Notes: generated from the sequence alone by a model not told the origin. A DNA stretch of 32,000 bases from Candidatus Saccharimonadota bacterium (GCA_023898425.1 CP060222.1:1-32000), one strand, 5' to 3'; positions 18,142-27,262 are shown, counted from the first letter of the stretch. Numbers and translations: made by a program.

Positions 18142-21100
18142 ATGAAAATCCGCAAAGCATTTGCGGTGCTTTTAGTGTTTTTACAGGTTATTTTTAATGC
18201 TTTATCGCTATCTGTAGCAGCTGCTCCTCAAGTCGTTAGAGCGGCTGCACCTGCTACCGTCGGTTTTCACGGTCGTCTTCAGAATTCGAGCGGTACAAAT
18301 ATTAACGGAAGTCGATCTATCGAGTTTCGTTTGTACGCTAATAGTGTAGGCGGCGCAGCTCTTTGGTCAGAAACTCAGGTTCTTACAATCGACGAAGGGT
18401 TTTTTAGTGCAAATTTGGGATCAGTGACCTCGTTTCCTGCTACTTTGGATTTCAACCAACCTCTTTTCTTAAGTATTGAAGTCAACGGTGACGGTGAAAT
18501 GACGCCACGCGTAACGATGAACAGTGTTCCTTATGCGTATACTGCAGGCGGTGTAAATAGTTACGCAAATCAGCCAAGCGGAACTGGTGGCAGAATGTAC
18601 TATAATTCTGCAAGCGGTACGTTAAACTATTACGACGAAACCTTAAGCGAATGGAAGACTTTGGGCACCGCAACAACAGCAACATTTCAAGATATCACAA
18701 ATGCTGGCGCGAATACCACAAATGCTTTGCAATTTGCAGGTGGCACATCAACAGCTGGTTTAAATGTGCAAGGCGCGTTAACAGCAACGAGTGTTTCAAC
18801 GACTAATGTTACTAGCACCAATGCCTTCTTTACCTCGCTCGTATCGAGTGCGGCTTCATCAACGAGTTTCTTTTCTTCAACGGTATGGGGTACAAGTGCC
18901 TCTTTCACAAATCTTTCTGTTGGTGGTCAAAATGTTTGTCTCGCTAATGGCACCAACTGTCTTGCATCAAACGAGGTAGACAGTCTTCTTTCTGTTACAA
19001 ATCGTGGTTCGGTGGCTACGGCAACGCTCACGCTCCTTGGTGGTGCTATCGCCAATACATTGAACGTAACCGACACTGCTACCATCGCTAATGCTGTCGT
19101 TACCAGTACTCTTATGGTGTCTGGCACGGTGTCTACAAATCTCACGCCAACGACAGATCTTATTTATTCGCTAGGTACACCATCCCTTCGTTGGAATGGT
19201 AATTTTGGTGATGTTATTATCGCTAATGCTACGGCAACCTCTCTTGTTTGGACCAATGCCACCGGTACCAATACCACTTCAACCAATCTCTTTGCCACGA
19301 ATCTCACCGGTACGAATGGTTCATTTGTGAACTTCTTGGCAACCAATGCCACAACAACCAACAGCACAAGCACGAACTTCTTTGCCACGAACCTTGTCGG
19401 TGCCAATGCGACATTCACAAGTCTCTCTGTCCTTACGCCTTCGTCTTTTACAGATATTATTTGGACAAATGCCACAGGTGTTAATACGACCTCAACGAAT
19501 TTCTATACCACTAATGGCACCATGGGTTCTTTGATTGCAAACTCAGGCAATATCACCGACCTCCTTAGTACCAATGCCACTTTCACCAGTGTCACCACAA
19601 CCAATCTTTTTGCAACGCTCGTTTCGTCAACGCAAATTCTTGTGAATGGTTTTGAGGTTTGTACAAGTAATGGTACGAATTGTCCTTCTGCTGGTGCTGA
19701 ATCCGATACCCTTGCGACGGTTACCGGCCGAGGCGCTACCACCACATCAGCAGTGACCTTCTTGGGCGGTGTTACCACCACAAACCTAAATGCAACCAGT
19801 GCTCTCATCGATGATCTTGTAAGTACGAACGCCACCGTGACGGCCTTTGCGGTTCTTGGTGAAGTGAATTCAAACTTTATTCCAACAACTGATCTTGCTT
19901 ATACGCTTGGTAACAATACCAATCGCTGGAATGGGTATTTTGGTGATGTCACAAGTACTAATTTCTTCTCTTCGCTTATCGTTGGTACTAACGGTTCTTT
20001 TACGAATCTTCTTGGTACAAACGCTACTTTTACGAATGCTACAGCGACTACATTTAGTACTCAAACCTTTACGGCAACCAATGCTGGCATCACAAATGCT
20101 ACGGTGACAAACCTCATTTTTACCAATGCAACAGGTGATACGCTTGCCTTGTCTTCTTTGAGTACACAAAGTGTTTCGACAACCGACCTCCTTGCAACGA
20201 ATGCAACGCTTACCAATGCCATCATCGCAAACTCCACGACGACGAATGGCTTTATCGAAAATCTCATCGGTACCAATGTCACGAGCACCAATCTCTTTAC
20301 GGATGCTCTCACAGCTAATTCAGCAACCATTCTTTCTTTGACAGCTGGAAATATTACCGTCACAAGTACGGCGACCATTGCAAATCTTGTTGCAACAAGC
20401 TCAACACTTACGAATGTATTGATTGGCTCTAGTACGACAACGAATGCCACAACCACCAATGGTTTTGTTTCACAATTTGTGGCGACAAATGCAACGAGTA
20501 CGGATCTCTTCTCAGTGAATGTGATCGGTACCAATGCGACCTTCACGAATCTTAACGCTGCCTCTGGTCTCATCAATGACCTCACCGTTGTCTCGCTCAC
20601 CGCAGGTACAACAACCGTGACTAACCTCATTGCAACCAATGGCACCACCACCAACAGTACAAGCACGAATCTCTTTGCAACGAACTCTGTCTTTAGCGGC
20701 GCAACCTCAACGAATGCCTTCTTTACGAATATTGTTGGTACGAACGCGACCTTCACGAGTCTTTCCGTTCTTTCGCCATCAACGCTATCAAATCTTACTT
20801 GGACCAATGCAACAGGTACCAATACGACTTCAACGAATCTCTTTGCTTCGTCACTTTGGGGTACGTCCGCAAGTCTCACAACGGCACTGATCAATACCGC
20901 AACGATTACTGACTTGATCGCAACCAATGGGACAACGACCAACAGTACAAGTACAAATCTCTTTGCAACGAATTTGTGGGGAACAACGGTTTCAGGCACG
21001 ACAGCGACTTTTGGTGTGGTTTCTGCAGCAAGTGGTACGATCACAGCTCTTTCAGGAATAGATCTTGCTTATACAAACGCACTCTTCACAAACTCCACTT

Positions 21101-24100
21101 CAACAAATACGACGAGTACGAATGCCTTTGCAACAAACCTCAATGCAACGAATGGTATTTTTACAAACTCAACCTCAACCAATACCACCAGTACCAATGC
21201 CTTCTTTACCTCGCTCGTATCGAGTGCGGCTTCATCAACAAGCTTCTTCTCTTCAACGGTATGGGGCACAAGTGCATCCTTCACAAATCTTCTCGTCGCC
21301 GGTCAAAGTGTCTGTCTTGCTGACGGCACCAACTGTCTTGCCGTCACGGAATCAGATACCCTTCTCTCCGTTACCAACCGTGGCTCAGTTGCCACAGCAA
21401 CCCTCACCCTTCTTGGTGGTGCTATCGCCAATACATTGAATGTGACGAATACCGCAACGATTGCTAATGCTGTCGTTACCAGTACTCTTATGGTGTCTGG
21501 CACGGTATCTACAAATCTCACGCCAACGACAGACCTTATTTATTCGCTGGGTACGCCATCCCTTCGTTGGAATGGTAACTTTGGTGATGTTATTTGGATG
21601 AATGCAACTGGCACCAATACCACTTCGACAAACCTCTTTGCGACTAATTTTGTTGCTACAAGCGGTCAGATCACAGACGCTCTCTTGACTAACGCTACGG
21701 CAACCAATCTTTTTGCAACGAATGCGACCTTAACAAACCTAACGGTAAATAATTTAACCTTGGCCAACCCGCTCAATCTTTCGTCATTACTTTGGACAAA
21801 TGCAACAGGTGTTAACACCACCTCAACAAACTTCTTTGCTGACACAGCATCTTCTACTGACCTCTTCTTTACAAATGCCACGGGTGGGTCATTGGTGGTT
21901 AATTCGCTTAGCTCAAATACAGGGATCTTTAGCGCCATCCTTGGTACCAATGCAACGTTTACCGCTGCTACAACAACCAATCTCTTTGCCACAGCTGTTT
22001 CAACAACGGCACTCTTTGTGAATGGTCAAACGGTTTGTTTAACAGATGGAACAAATTGTACCTATCCTGGTGAGGCAGATACCTTGGCTAGCGTAACAGC
22101 GAGAGGAGCAACAACATCGGTTGCTGTTACCTTCTTTGGTGGTGTGACGTCCAGCAATTTGAACGTTACCGGTACAATCGGTGGTCAGTATGTGAATGCA
22201 TCGTCTGTTTCTATTCTTAATGGATTTAGTGCTGCAACAGGTACAATCGGTGGTCTTATTTGGACTAATGCTACTGGCACGAATACCACCTCCACGAATC
22301 TCTTTTCAAATAATCTTGTCGCGAACTCAGCGACCTTTACTCAGGCTACAGCGACAGCACTCTTTACCCCAACATTTACTGCAACGAATGCAGGTATCTC
22401 GAGCTCAACGATTACTACGTTGCAGTTTGCAAACGCTACCGGTGTAAATCTCTTTACCTCAACCGTTTGGGGAACAAGTGCATCGTTTACGACGCTTACC
22501 GTTGCAGGTCAAAATGTGTGTTTGCTTGATGGAACAAATTGCCCACTTTCAAATGAGGCGGATACTTTGGCAACCGTAACGGCGCGTGGTGGAACAACGA
22601 CTGCTCCTGTTACCTTCTTTGGTGGTGTGACATCGAGTAACTTAAATGTGACCAATACGGCAAATATCGCGTATTTAAATGCATCCTCGGTATCTGTTCT
22701 TAATGGCTTTAGCGCTGCTACGGCGACGATTGGAGGACTTATTTGGACGAATGCTACGGGGGTAAATACAACAACAACGAACCTCTTTGCGAATAACTTT
22801 AGAGCACAGGCATCAACATTGTTTGCGCTGACAGCAGGCACGGTAACCGTTACGTCCTCTGCATCTATTGTAAGTCTCTCAGGTACTGGCTATACATTTA
22901 CCAACGGGACCACAACCAATTCAACAAGTACCAGTGCTTTTGTTACAAATCTTGTTGGTACCAATGCTACGCTCACAACCTTGTCATTGGTTAATCCAAT
23001 TACGGTAACAGGTATTAGCTGGGTAAATGCGACAGGTACAAATACCACTTCGACAAATCTTGCTACGACAAACCTTACGGGTACGTCGGCAACAATCACG
23101 CGAACTACATCGACAAATAGTTTTGCCACAACGGCATCATCAACAAACAACTTCTTTACTACGGGTCAAGGTAGCTCATTGTCATTAAATGTCTTAACGG
23201 CGACTACGGGCACGATTACGAATCTTCTCTCGACATCGAGCACAATCAGTAATCTATTTGTTAATACCCTAGCGGGTACGAGCGCAACGTTCTCAAGTCT
23301 TCTTGTCGGAGGTCAAAATGTCTGTTTAACAAATGGTACAAATTGTCCGCTTTCAACTGAAATCGATACGTTATTGAGCGTTACAAATCGTGGGGCGAGC
23401 GCAACAGCAACGCTCACCTTGCTTGGTGGTGCCGTTGGTAGCTTTGTGAGTGCAACGTCTTTCTTGGGTGCTTCGGGTACAGCGATCTTTAATGGTAATA
23501 CGACTATTGGTGATGCAACGTCTGATCTATTGTCTGTAACGGCAAGAATTAATACTGATCTTGTACCGTCTACTGATCTTGTACGTTCTTTGGGATCAGC
23601 AACACTTCGTTGGAATGCCTTCTTTGGCAGTGTGACAACAACAGGTCTCGTTTGGACCAATGCAACAGGAACATCGGTAACAACAACCAATATCTTCTCG
23701 TCGATTGCGTCATTTAGCTCTCTTGTAGCGACAAATGCCACAATGACTTCGGTAACAACGACAAATATTGCTACGACCAATATCATTGGTACAAATGCGA
23801 CATTTACAAACCTCACTGCAGGAAATATCAACCTACAACCAAGTCCTGCTGTTGCAGAGGTGAGTTGGACAAACTCTGGCCTCTCATCAACAGGTATAGA
23901 ATCTGTGCGAGCGATGCAGTCTTTCAATGGTTACCTCTATGCTGGTCAAGGTGATAGCGCGGGTGATGGTGACATTAAGATTTGTGATCCTTCTGTAGCG
24001 GGTAATGCGCTCGTCTGTGATAGCGCTTCGGACTGGTCGACATCTCTTGATAATGCCACGGTTAATTCTATCGGTGCCTTTGCTGTTTATAAAAATCATT

Positions 24101-26325
24101 TTTATGCCGGTGATTCAGGAGATACTTTCTTTGAGGGTATTATCAGAGTCTGTACACCAGGCACTACGGGTAATACGCAAAAATGTGATTCGGGAGACTG
24201 GGCGGTATCAACAACAACTGGCATGGATCGTATTACACAGTTAATTGTTTACGAAGATACGCTATATGCTTCAGGTGATACGGGATTCCAAGGGGTAGAA
24301 TCTACTTATTACTGTAGTCCTGAACTCACCGGAGCAGCAGATATTTGTGATGCAAGTGATTGGACGAGAGTTGTGCCATTTGCGGGTACCTATGAGCTTA
24401 TTAACGGTCTTGTGATCTATAACAATAGACTTGTTGCCCTTATGGGGCAATCAAACGGTGACTACGATCTTCTCACCTGTGATCCTGCTTTGTCTGGCAA
24501 TCAAAGGATTTGTGATAGCACAACTGATTGGGTGCGTACCATTAATAATGGTGCCGGTAGAGATTCTTATGTCTCGGCAGCAGTGTTAAATAGCTATCTT
24601 TATCTAGGTACAGGCAATGATCCTGGCGAGGGTGATCTTCAGCGTTGTGACTCCCGTTATAAGCCTGATGCGTTACTTTGTGACGGTACCGCTGAAATCG
24701 GCACAACGTTTGATCCGGGAGCTTCTATCACGCGTATTCCAGCCATGATCAATTATGGTGGTAGCTTGTGGTTTGGTACCGAAGGTTCGGCAGGTGACGG
24801 TGATATTTATCAATTTGAATCTTCGGTAGCATCAACCTCGCATGACACGGCGTCGTTGCAGGCTACGTATTCTTTTGCGACGTATAACGGTTATCTCTAT
24901 GCTGGTCGTGGTAACTCAGCGGGTAATGGTCAGGTTTGGTTATACCAACGCCCTAAGCTTAGCTCTAGCCGCATCACCTTTAATACAGGTACTTCTACCG
25001 GTTCATTATGGTTTGAAGAAGAAGATCAGAGCTCGACAGGTGCAGGTCAAGATGCAAGTTCTACGATTGGTGTCTTTAAACTTTCACATAGTCTTGTTGC
25101 AGAAGCTGGTGCCTACGATTTAGCCGAAATGTATCCAACCTCAGAAGATGGTCTTGAAGCGGGTGATGTTGTTGCTATCGATACCAATAACCCAGGAAAA
25201 ATCAGAAAGACGAAGGATGCGTATGATAAAAATACGATCGGTATCGTTTCAACACGTCCTGGATTTGTTCTCTCTGGTCAGCAGGCAGAGAATGCTGTTC
25301 CGGTTGCCCTTGCTGGTCGTGTGCCGGTTAAAGTAACGGCAGAAGGTGGTTCTATTCAGGCGGGTGATGCTCTTGCACCATCATCAATACCTGGTTATGC
25401 CATGAAGGCCACACAACAGGGGACAATTGTGGGTCGCTCGCTTGAATCTTATGCATTTGGCTCTACCAGTACAGAAGAAACAGCAACGGTCGTGGCTTTT
25501 GTGCAAACCGCTTATCACTTTGGACCTACCGAGTCAGTGATTGCCGAAGAAATTGCGCTGTTAAATAATGATGATGCGCCAGAAGGTGATAACGTTGCTG
25601 AAATAATTCAGCCTGCAAATTCTGCACCAGAGATTAGCTTGCCACTCGGTTCGCAAATCGCTCAAGGTATCGGTGTTCAAACACTCGTGGTAGAAGAGCT
25701 CGCCGTACGTGGAATGATCATCATTGAGGGTGATACACGTATTCGTGGCTCCTTGTATCTCGGATCGTCTTTGTCTGGTACTGCTGTCATTGAGGCTAAT
25801 ACTGATCGAGTTACGGTAACCTTTAAGCAGCCGATGGCGTCGATTCCTCGCGTACAAGTAACAGCGAGACTTGAAAAAGCGAATAGTAGTGAATCATTTG
25901 ATAATGATGTTTGGGATGGAACCTATTACATCGCCAATATTACCGAAGAAGGCTTTGAGATTCGTTTACCGGGACTTGGATTATGTAAGTATTATGACCC
26001 ATGTCCAGCCGTATTATCGATGGATTGGTTCGCCTACTTCCAAGAACCAGAAATTGAAGAACCGATTCTTGTCTCATCGAGTAGTACAACGGATGTCGAG
26101 ACGCCGGCGCCAGAAGATTCAGTAGAAGTTGATAGTGAAAGCGGCACCTCTACCACAACACAAGAAGAGATTATTGAAGATGTTGTGATTCCGGAAGAAA
26201 TCCCAGTAGAAGAGGTGGTGGATACACCGCCCGAGGTCGTAGAGCCTGTAGACGAAGTCACCATACCTGTTGTAGAGGAGGTTGTGACGAGTGAGCCTGC
26301 GGAGATACCGGTGATTGGAGAGTAA
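18142..26325 (+). CDS. Giant (~2730 aa) secreted Thr/Asn-rich fibre protein with beta-propeller, phage-appendage-like and acidic C-terminal regions
   Basis: Single uninterrupted ORF. The track start at 18088 is a TTG; the ATG at 18142 gives MKIRKAFAVLLVFLQVIFNALSLSVAAAP (signal peptide), and an alternative ATG lies at 18118. Architecture by eye: an N-terminal globular domain; about 1700 aa of repeats (about a dozen (W/F)xNATG-type motifs, roughly nine of them the full WTNATG(T/V)NTTSTNLFA form; six G(Q)xVCxxxGTNC knots; four P(T/S)TDLxxxLGxxxxRWN motifs); seven propeller-like blades; a DLAEMYP...VPVALAGRVPVKV module; a beta-sandwich; and a Glu/Val/Pro tail. Confidence 0.85.
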   Translation: MKIRKAFAVLLVFLQVIFNALSLSVAAAPQVVRAAAPATVGFHGRLQNSSGTNINGSRSIEFRLYANSVGGAALWSETQVLTIDEGFFSANLGSVTSFPATLDFNQPLFLSIEVNGDGEMTPRVTMNSVPYAYTAGGVNSYANQPSGTGGRMYYNSASGTLNYYDETLSEWKTLGTATTATFQDITNAGANTTNALQFAGGTSTAGLNVQGALTATSVSTTNVTSTNAFFTSLVSSAASSTSFFSSTVWGTSASFTNLSVGGQNVCLANGTNCLASNEVDSLLSVTNRGSVATATLTLLGGAIANTLNVTDTATIANAVVTSTLMVSGTVSTNLTPTTDLIYSLGTPSLRWNGNFGDVIIANATATSLVWTNATGTNTTSTNLFATNLTGTNGSFVNFLATNATTTNSTSTNFFATNLVGANATFTSLSVLTPSSFTDIIWTNATGVNTTSTNFYTTNGTMGSLIANSGNITDLLSTNATFTSVTTTNLFATLVSSTQILVNGFEVCTSNGTNCPSAGAESDTLATVTGRGATTTSAVTFLGGVTTTNLNATSALIDDLVSTNATVTAFAVLGEVNSNFIPTTDLAYTLGNNTNRWNGYFGDVTSTNFFSSLIVGTNGSFTNLLGTNATFTNATATTFSTQTFTATNAGITNATVTNLIFTNATGDTLALSSLSTQSVSTTDLLATNATLTNAIIANSTTTNGFIENLIGTNVTSTNLFTDALTANSATILSLTAGNITVTSTATIANLVATSSTLTNVLIGSSTTTNATTTNGFVSQFVATNATSTDLFSVNVIGTNATFTNLNAASGLINDLTVVSLTAGTTTVTNLIATNGTTTNSTSTNLFATNSVFSGATSTNAFFTNIVGTNATFTSLSVLSPSTLSNLTWTNATGTNTTSTNLFASSLWGTSASLTTALINTATITDLIATNGTTTNSTSTNLFATNLWGTTVSGTTATFGVVSAASGTITALSGIDLAYTNALFTNSTSTNTTSTNAFATNLNATNGIFTNSTSTNTTSTNAFFTSLVSSAASSTSFFSSTVWGTSASFTNLLVAGQSVCLADGTNCLAVTESDTLLSVTNRGSVATATLTLLGGAIANTLNVTNTATIANAVVTSTLMVSGTVSTNLTPTTDLIYSLGTPSLRWNGNFGDVIWMNATGTNTTSTNLFATNFVATSGQITDALLTNATATNLFATNATLTNLTVNNLTLANPLNLSSLLWTNATGVNTTSTNFFADTASSTDLFFTNATGGSLVVNSLSSNTGIFSAILGTNATFTAATTTNLFATAVSTTALFVNGQTVCLTDGTNCTYPGEADTLASVTARGATTSVAVTFFGGVTSSNLNVTGTIGGQYVNASSVSILNGFSAATGTIGGLIWTNATGTNTTSTNLFSNNLVANSATFTQATATALFTPTFTATNAGISSSTITTLQFANATGVNLFTSTVWGTSASFTTLTVAGQNVCLLDGTNCPLSNEADTLATVTARGGTTTAPVTFFGGVTSSNLNVTNTANIAYLNASSVSVLNGFSAATATIGGLIWTNATGVNTTTTNLFANNFRAQASTLFALTAGTVTVTSSASIVSLSGTGYTFTNGTTTNSTSTSAFVTNLVGTNATLTTLSLVNPITVTGISWVNATGTNTTSTNLATTNLTGTSATITRTTSTNSFATTASSTNNFFTTGQGSSLSLNVLTATTGTITNLLSTSSTISNLFVNTLAGTSATFSSLLVGGQNVCLTNGTNCPLSTEIDTLLSVTNRGASATATLTLLGGAVGSFVSATSFLGASGTAIFNGNTTIGDATSDLLSVTARINTDLVPSTDLVRSLGSATLRWNAFFGSVTTTGLVWTNATGTSVTTTNIFSSIASFSSLVATNATMTSVTTTNIATTNIIGTNATFTNLTAGNINLQPSPAVAEVSWTNSGLSSTGIESVRAMQSFNGYLYAGQGDSAGDGDIKICDPSVAGNALVCDSASDWSTSLDNATVNSIGAFAVYKNHFYAGDSGDTFFEGIIRVCTPGTTGNTQKCDSGDWAVSTTTGMDRITQLIVYEDTLYASGDTGFQGVESTYYCSPELTGAADICDASDWTRVVPFAGTYELINGLVIYNNRLVALMGQSNGDYDLLTCDPALSGNQRICDSTTDWVRTINNGAGRDSYVSAAVLNSYLYLGTGNDPGEGDLQRCDSRYKPDALLCDGTAEIGTTFDPGASITRIPAMINYGGSLWFGTEGSAGDGDIYQFESSVASTSHDTASLQATYSFATYNGYLYAGRGNSAGNGQVWLYQRPKLSSSRITFNTGTSTGSLWFEEEDQSSTGAGQDASSTIGVFKLSHSLVAEAGAYDLAEMYPTSEDGLEAGDVVAIDTNNPGKIRKTKDAYDKNTIGIVSTRPGFVLSGQQAENAVPVALAGRVPVKVTAEGGSIQAGDALAPSSIPGYAMKATQQGTIVGRSLESYAFGSTSTEETATVVAFVQTAYHFGPTESVIAEEIALLNNDDAPEGDNVAEIIQPANSAPEISLPLGSQIAQGIGVQTLVVEELAVRGMIIIEGDTRIRGSLYLGSSLSGTAVIEANTDRVTVTFKQPMASIPRVQVTARLEKANSSESFDNDVWDGTYYIANITEEGFEIRLPGLGLCKYYDPCPAVLSMDWFAYFQEPEIEEPILVSSSSTTDVETPAPEDSVEVDSESGTSTTTQEEIIEDVVIPEEIPVEEVVDTPPEVVEPVDEVTIPVVEEVVTSEPAEIPVIGE
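18820..19218 (+). repeat. Copy A of a ~400-bp intragenic direct repeat
   Basis: Aligns along its full length with 21196-21594 at an in-frame offset of 2376 bp. Runs of over 40 identical bases alternate with diverged patches. Confidence 0.9.
21196..21594 (+). repeat. Copy B of the ~400-bp intragenic direct repeat
   Basis: See copy A. The encoded peptide NAFFTSLVSSAASSTSFFSSTVWGTSASFTNL...TDLIYSLGTPSLRWNGNFGDVI is nearly identical in both copies. Confidence 0.9.
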
Positions 26326-26327
26326 AA

Positions 26328-26357
26328 TTGAACAGGATAAAATATTCATGCTATACT
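26328..26357 (+). promoter_or_regulatory. Promoter of the LytR_C gene
   Basis: TTGAAC, an 18-nt spacer, then TGcTATACT (extended -10). The ATG at 26369 is only about 12 nt after the -10. Confidence 0.5.
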
Positions 26358-26368
26358 AAAAACGATTT

Positions 26369-27163
26369 ATGACAAAACGCGCTCCTTCTGCAGCAAAAGC
26401 TGCATCTCCCGCTGTTCAAGAGGCATCACGTGCAGCACGTGCCTTGCCGTTCTTGCTCGCATTACTTGTTCTTATCTTGATTGGCGCTTATGCGTACAAA
26501 TCTAAGAATACCAATGTAAGAATTGGTACAAATAACGCACAAGTCGCCCAAGGTGATGCTCGAGAAATCCAGCAACTCATCGAAAGCGTCTCTTCATTTG
26601 TTGTTGTAAGCAAAGATGAGATTCCTTCTGTGGCAACAATTGAGGATATTGGACTCGTGCGAGCACAAAACCCTATCTTGTACCGCGGTGCAGAAAATGG
26701 CGACCGTTTGCTCGTTTGGTCTGATAAGGCCGTTGTCTATTCTGTTAGCCAAAAGAAGGTGCTCTCGGTCATGCCTCTTATCAAAGATCAAGACGATATT
26801 CAGTATGTTGAGCGTCTTATCTCTACCCTCAATGCAAATCAAGGGTCAGTTGCAACATCGTCTACAGCAGCAACTTCAGAAACAGTAAACAAAAATCCAA
26901 CCGTCGAGGTACGTAATGGTACCCCAACACCGGGTCGCGCACGTATAACGGCAGATAGTCTTAAGGCAGCTGGCTTTAATACGGTCGCTCCAGTAGATGC
27001 AAGCAAAAAAGATTATACAAAAACGGTAATCTTTGTAGCCGGGGCTAATATCCAGGCTGATATTGTCGAAAAACTCCAAAAAGAGCTTAATGCGGACATT
27101 GTGACGAGCCTTTCAGGCGAGGCGGCGATCACATCTGATATCGTTGTCGTTATCGGTGGGTAG
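26369..27163 (+). CDS. Membrane-anchored LytR_C (LytR/CpsA/Psr C-terminal) domain protein
   Basis: N-terminal TM ALPFLLALLVLILIGAYAY. The C-terminal TVEVRNGTPTPGRARITADSLKAAGFNTVAPVDASKKDYTKTVIFVAG fits the LytR_C pattern (V.V.NGt...G.A......L...GF.v). Confidence 0.65.
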   Translation: MTKRAPSAAKAASPAVQEASRAARALPFLLALLVLILIGAYAYKSKNTNVRIGTNNAQVAQGDAREIQQLIESVSSFVVVSKDEIPSVATIEDIGLVRAQNPILYRGAENGDRLLVWSDKAVVYSVSQKKVLSVMPLIKDQDDIQYVERLISTLNANQGSVATSSTAATSETVNKNPTVEVRNGTPTPGRARITADSLKAAGFNTVAPVDASKKDYTKTVIFVAGANIQADIVEKLQKELNADIVTSLSGEAAITSDIVVVIGG

Positions 27164-27182
27164 TGAGATGTTTTTTGGCAAT

Positions 27183-27209
27183 AAAAAAATCCCAGAAATG
27201 GGATTTTTT
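27183..27209 (+). terminator. Intrinsic terminator
   Basis: atccca-gaaa-tgggat followed by a T-run and preceded by an A-run. Confidence 0.75.
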
Positions 27210-27233
27210 GCTTTGTTAAGCAGAATAATATGA

Positions 27234-27262
27234 TTGACAAAAGGCCTTTTTTGTGCTATTAT
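27234..27262 (+). promoter_or_regulatory. Consensus promoter of the SpoIID-domain gene
   Basis: TTGACA (27234-27239), a 17-nt spacer, then TATTAT (27257-27262). The track's TTG start at 27234 is the -35 box itself. Confidence 0.6.

Noticed and set aside
18820-21594. Possibility that the two ~400-bp repeats are a diversity-generating retroelement template/variable repeat pair
   Set aside because: The differences are not restricted to adenine positions of one copy, both copies are in-frame parts of the same ORF, and no reverse transcriptase is present in the window.
18700-23830. Periodic short repeats that could be mistaken for a CRISPR-like array
   Set aside because: The repeats are imperfect, in frame and part of a continuous ORF. 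There is no repeat-spacer regularity and no cas genes.
18482-26349. Many antisense or off-frame ORFs inside the giant gene, e.g. 20061-21044 (327 aa, Val-rich) and 23313-23927
   Set aside because: These are artefacts of the repetitive ACN/AAT codon composition. Its reverse complement yields long Val/Ile/Ala-rich stop-free frames. The 8.2-kb sense ORF explains the region.
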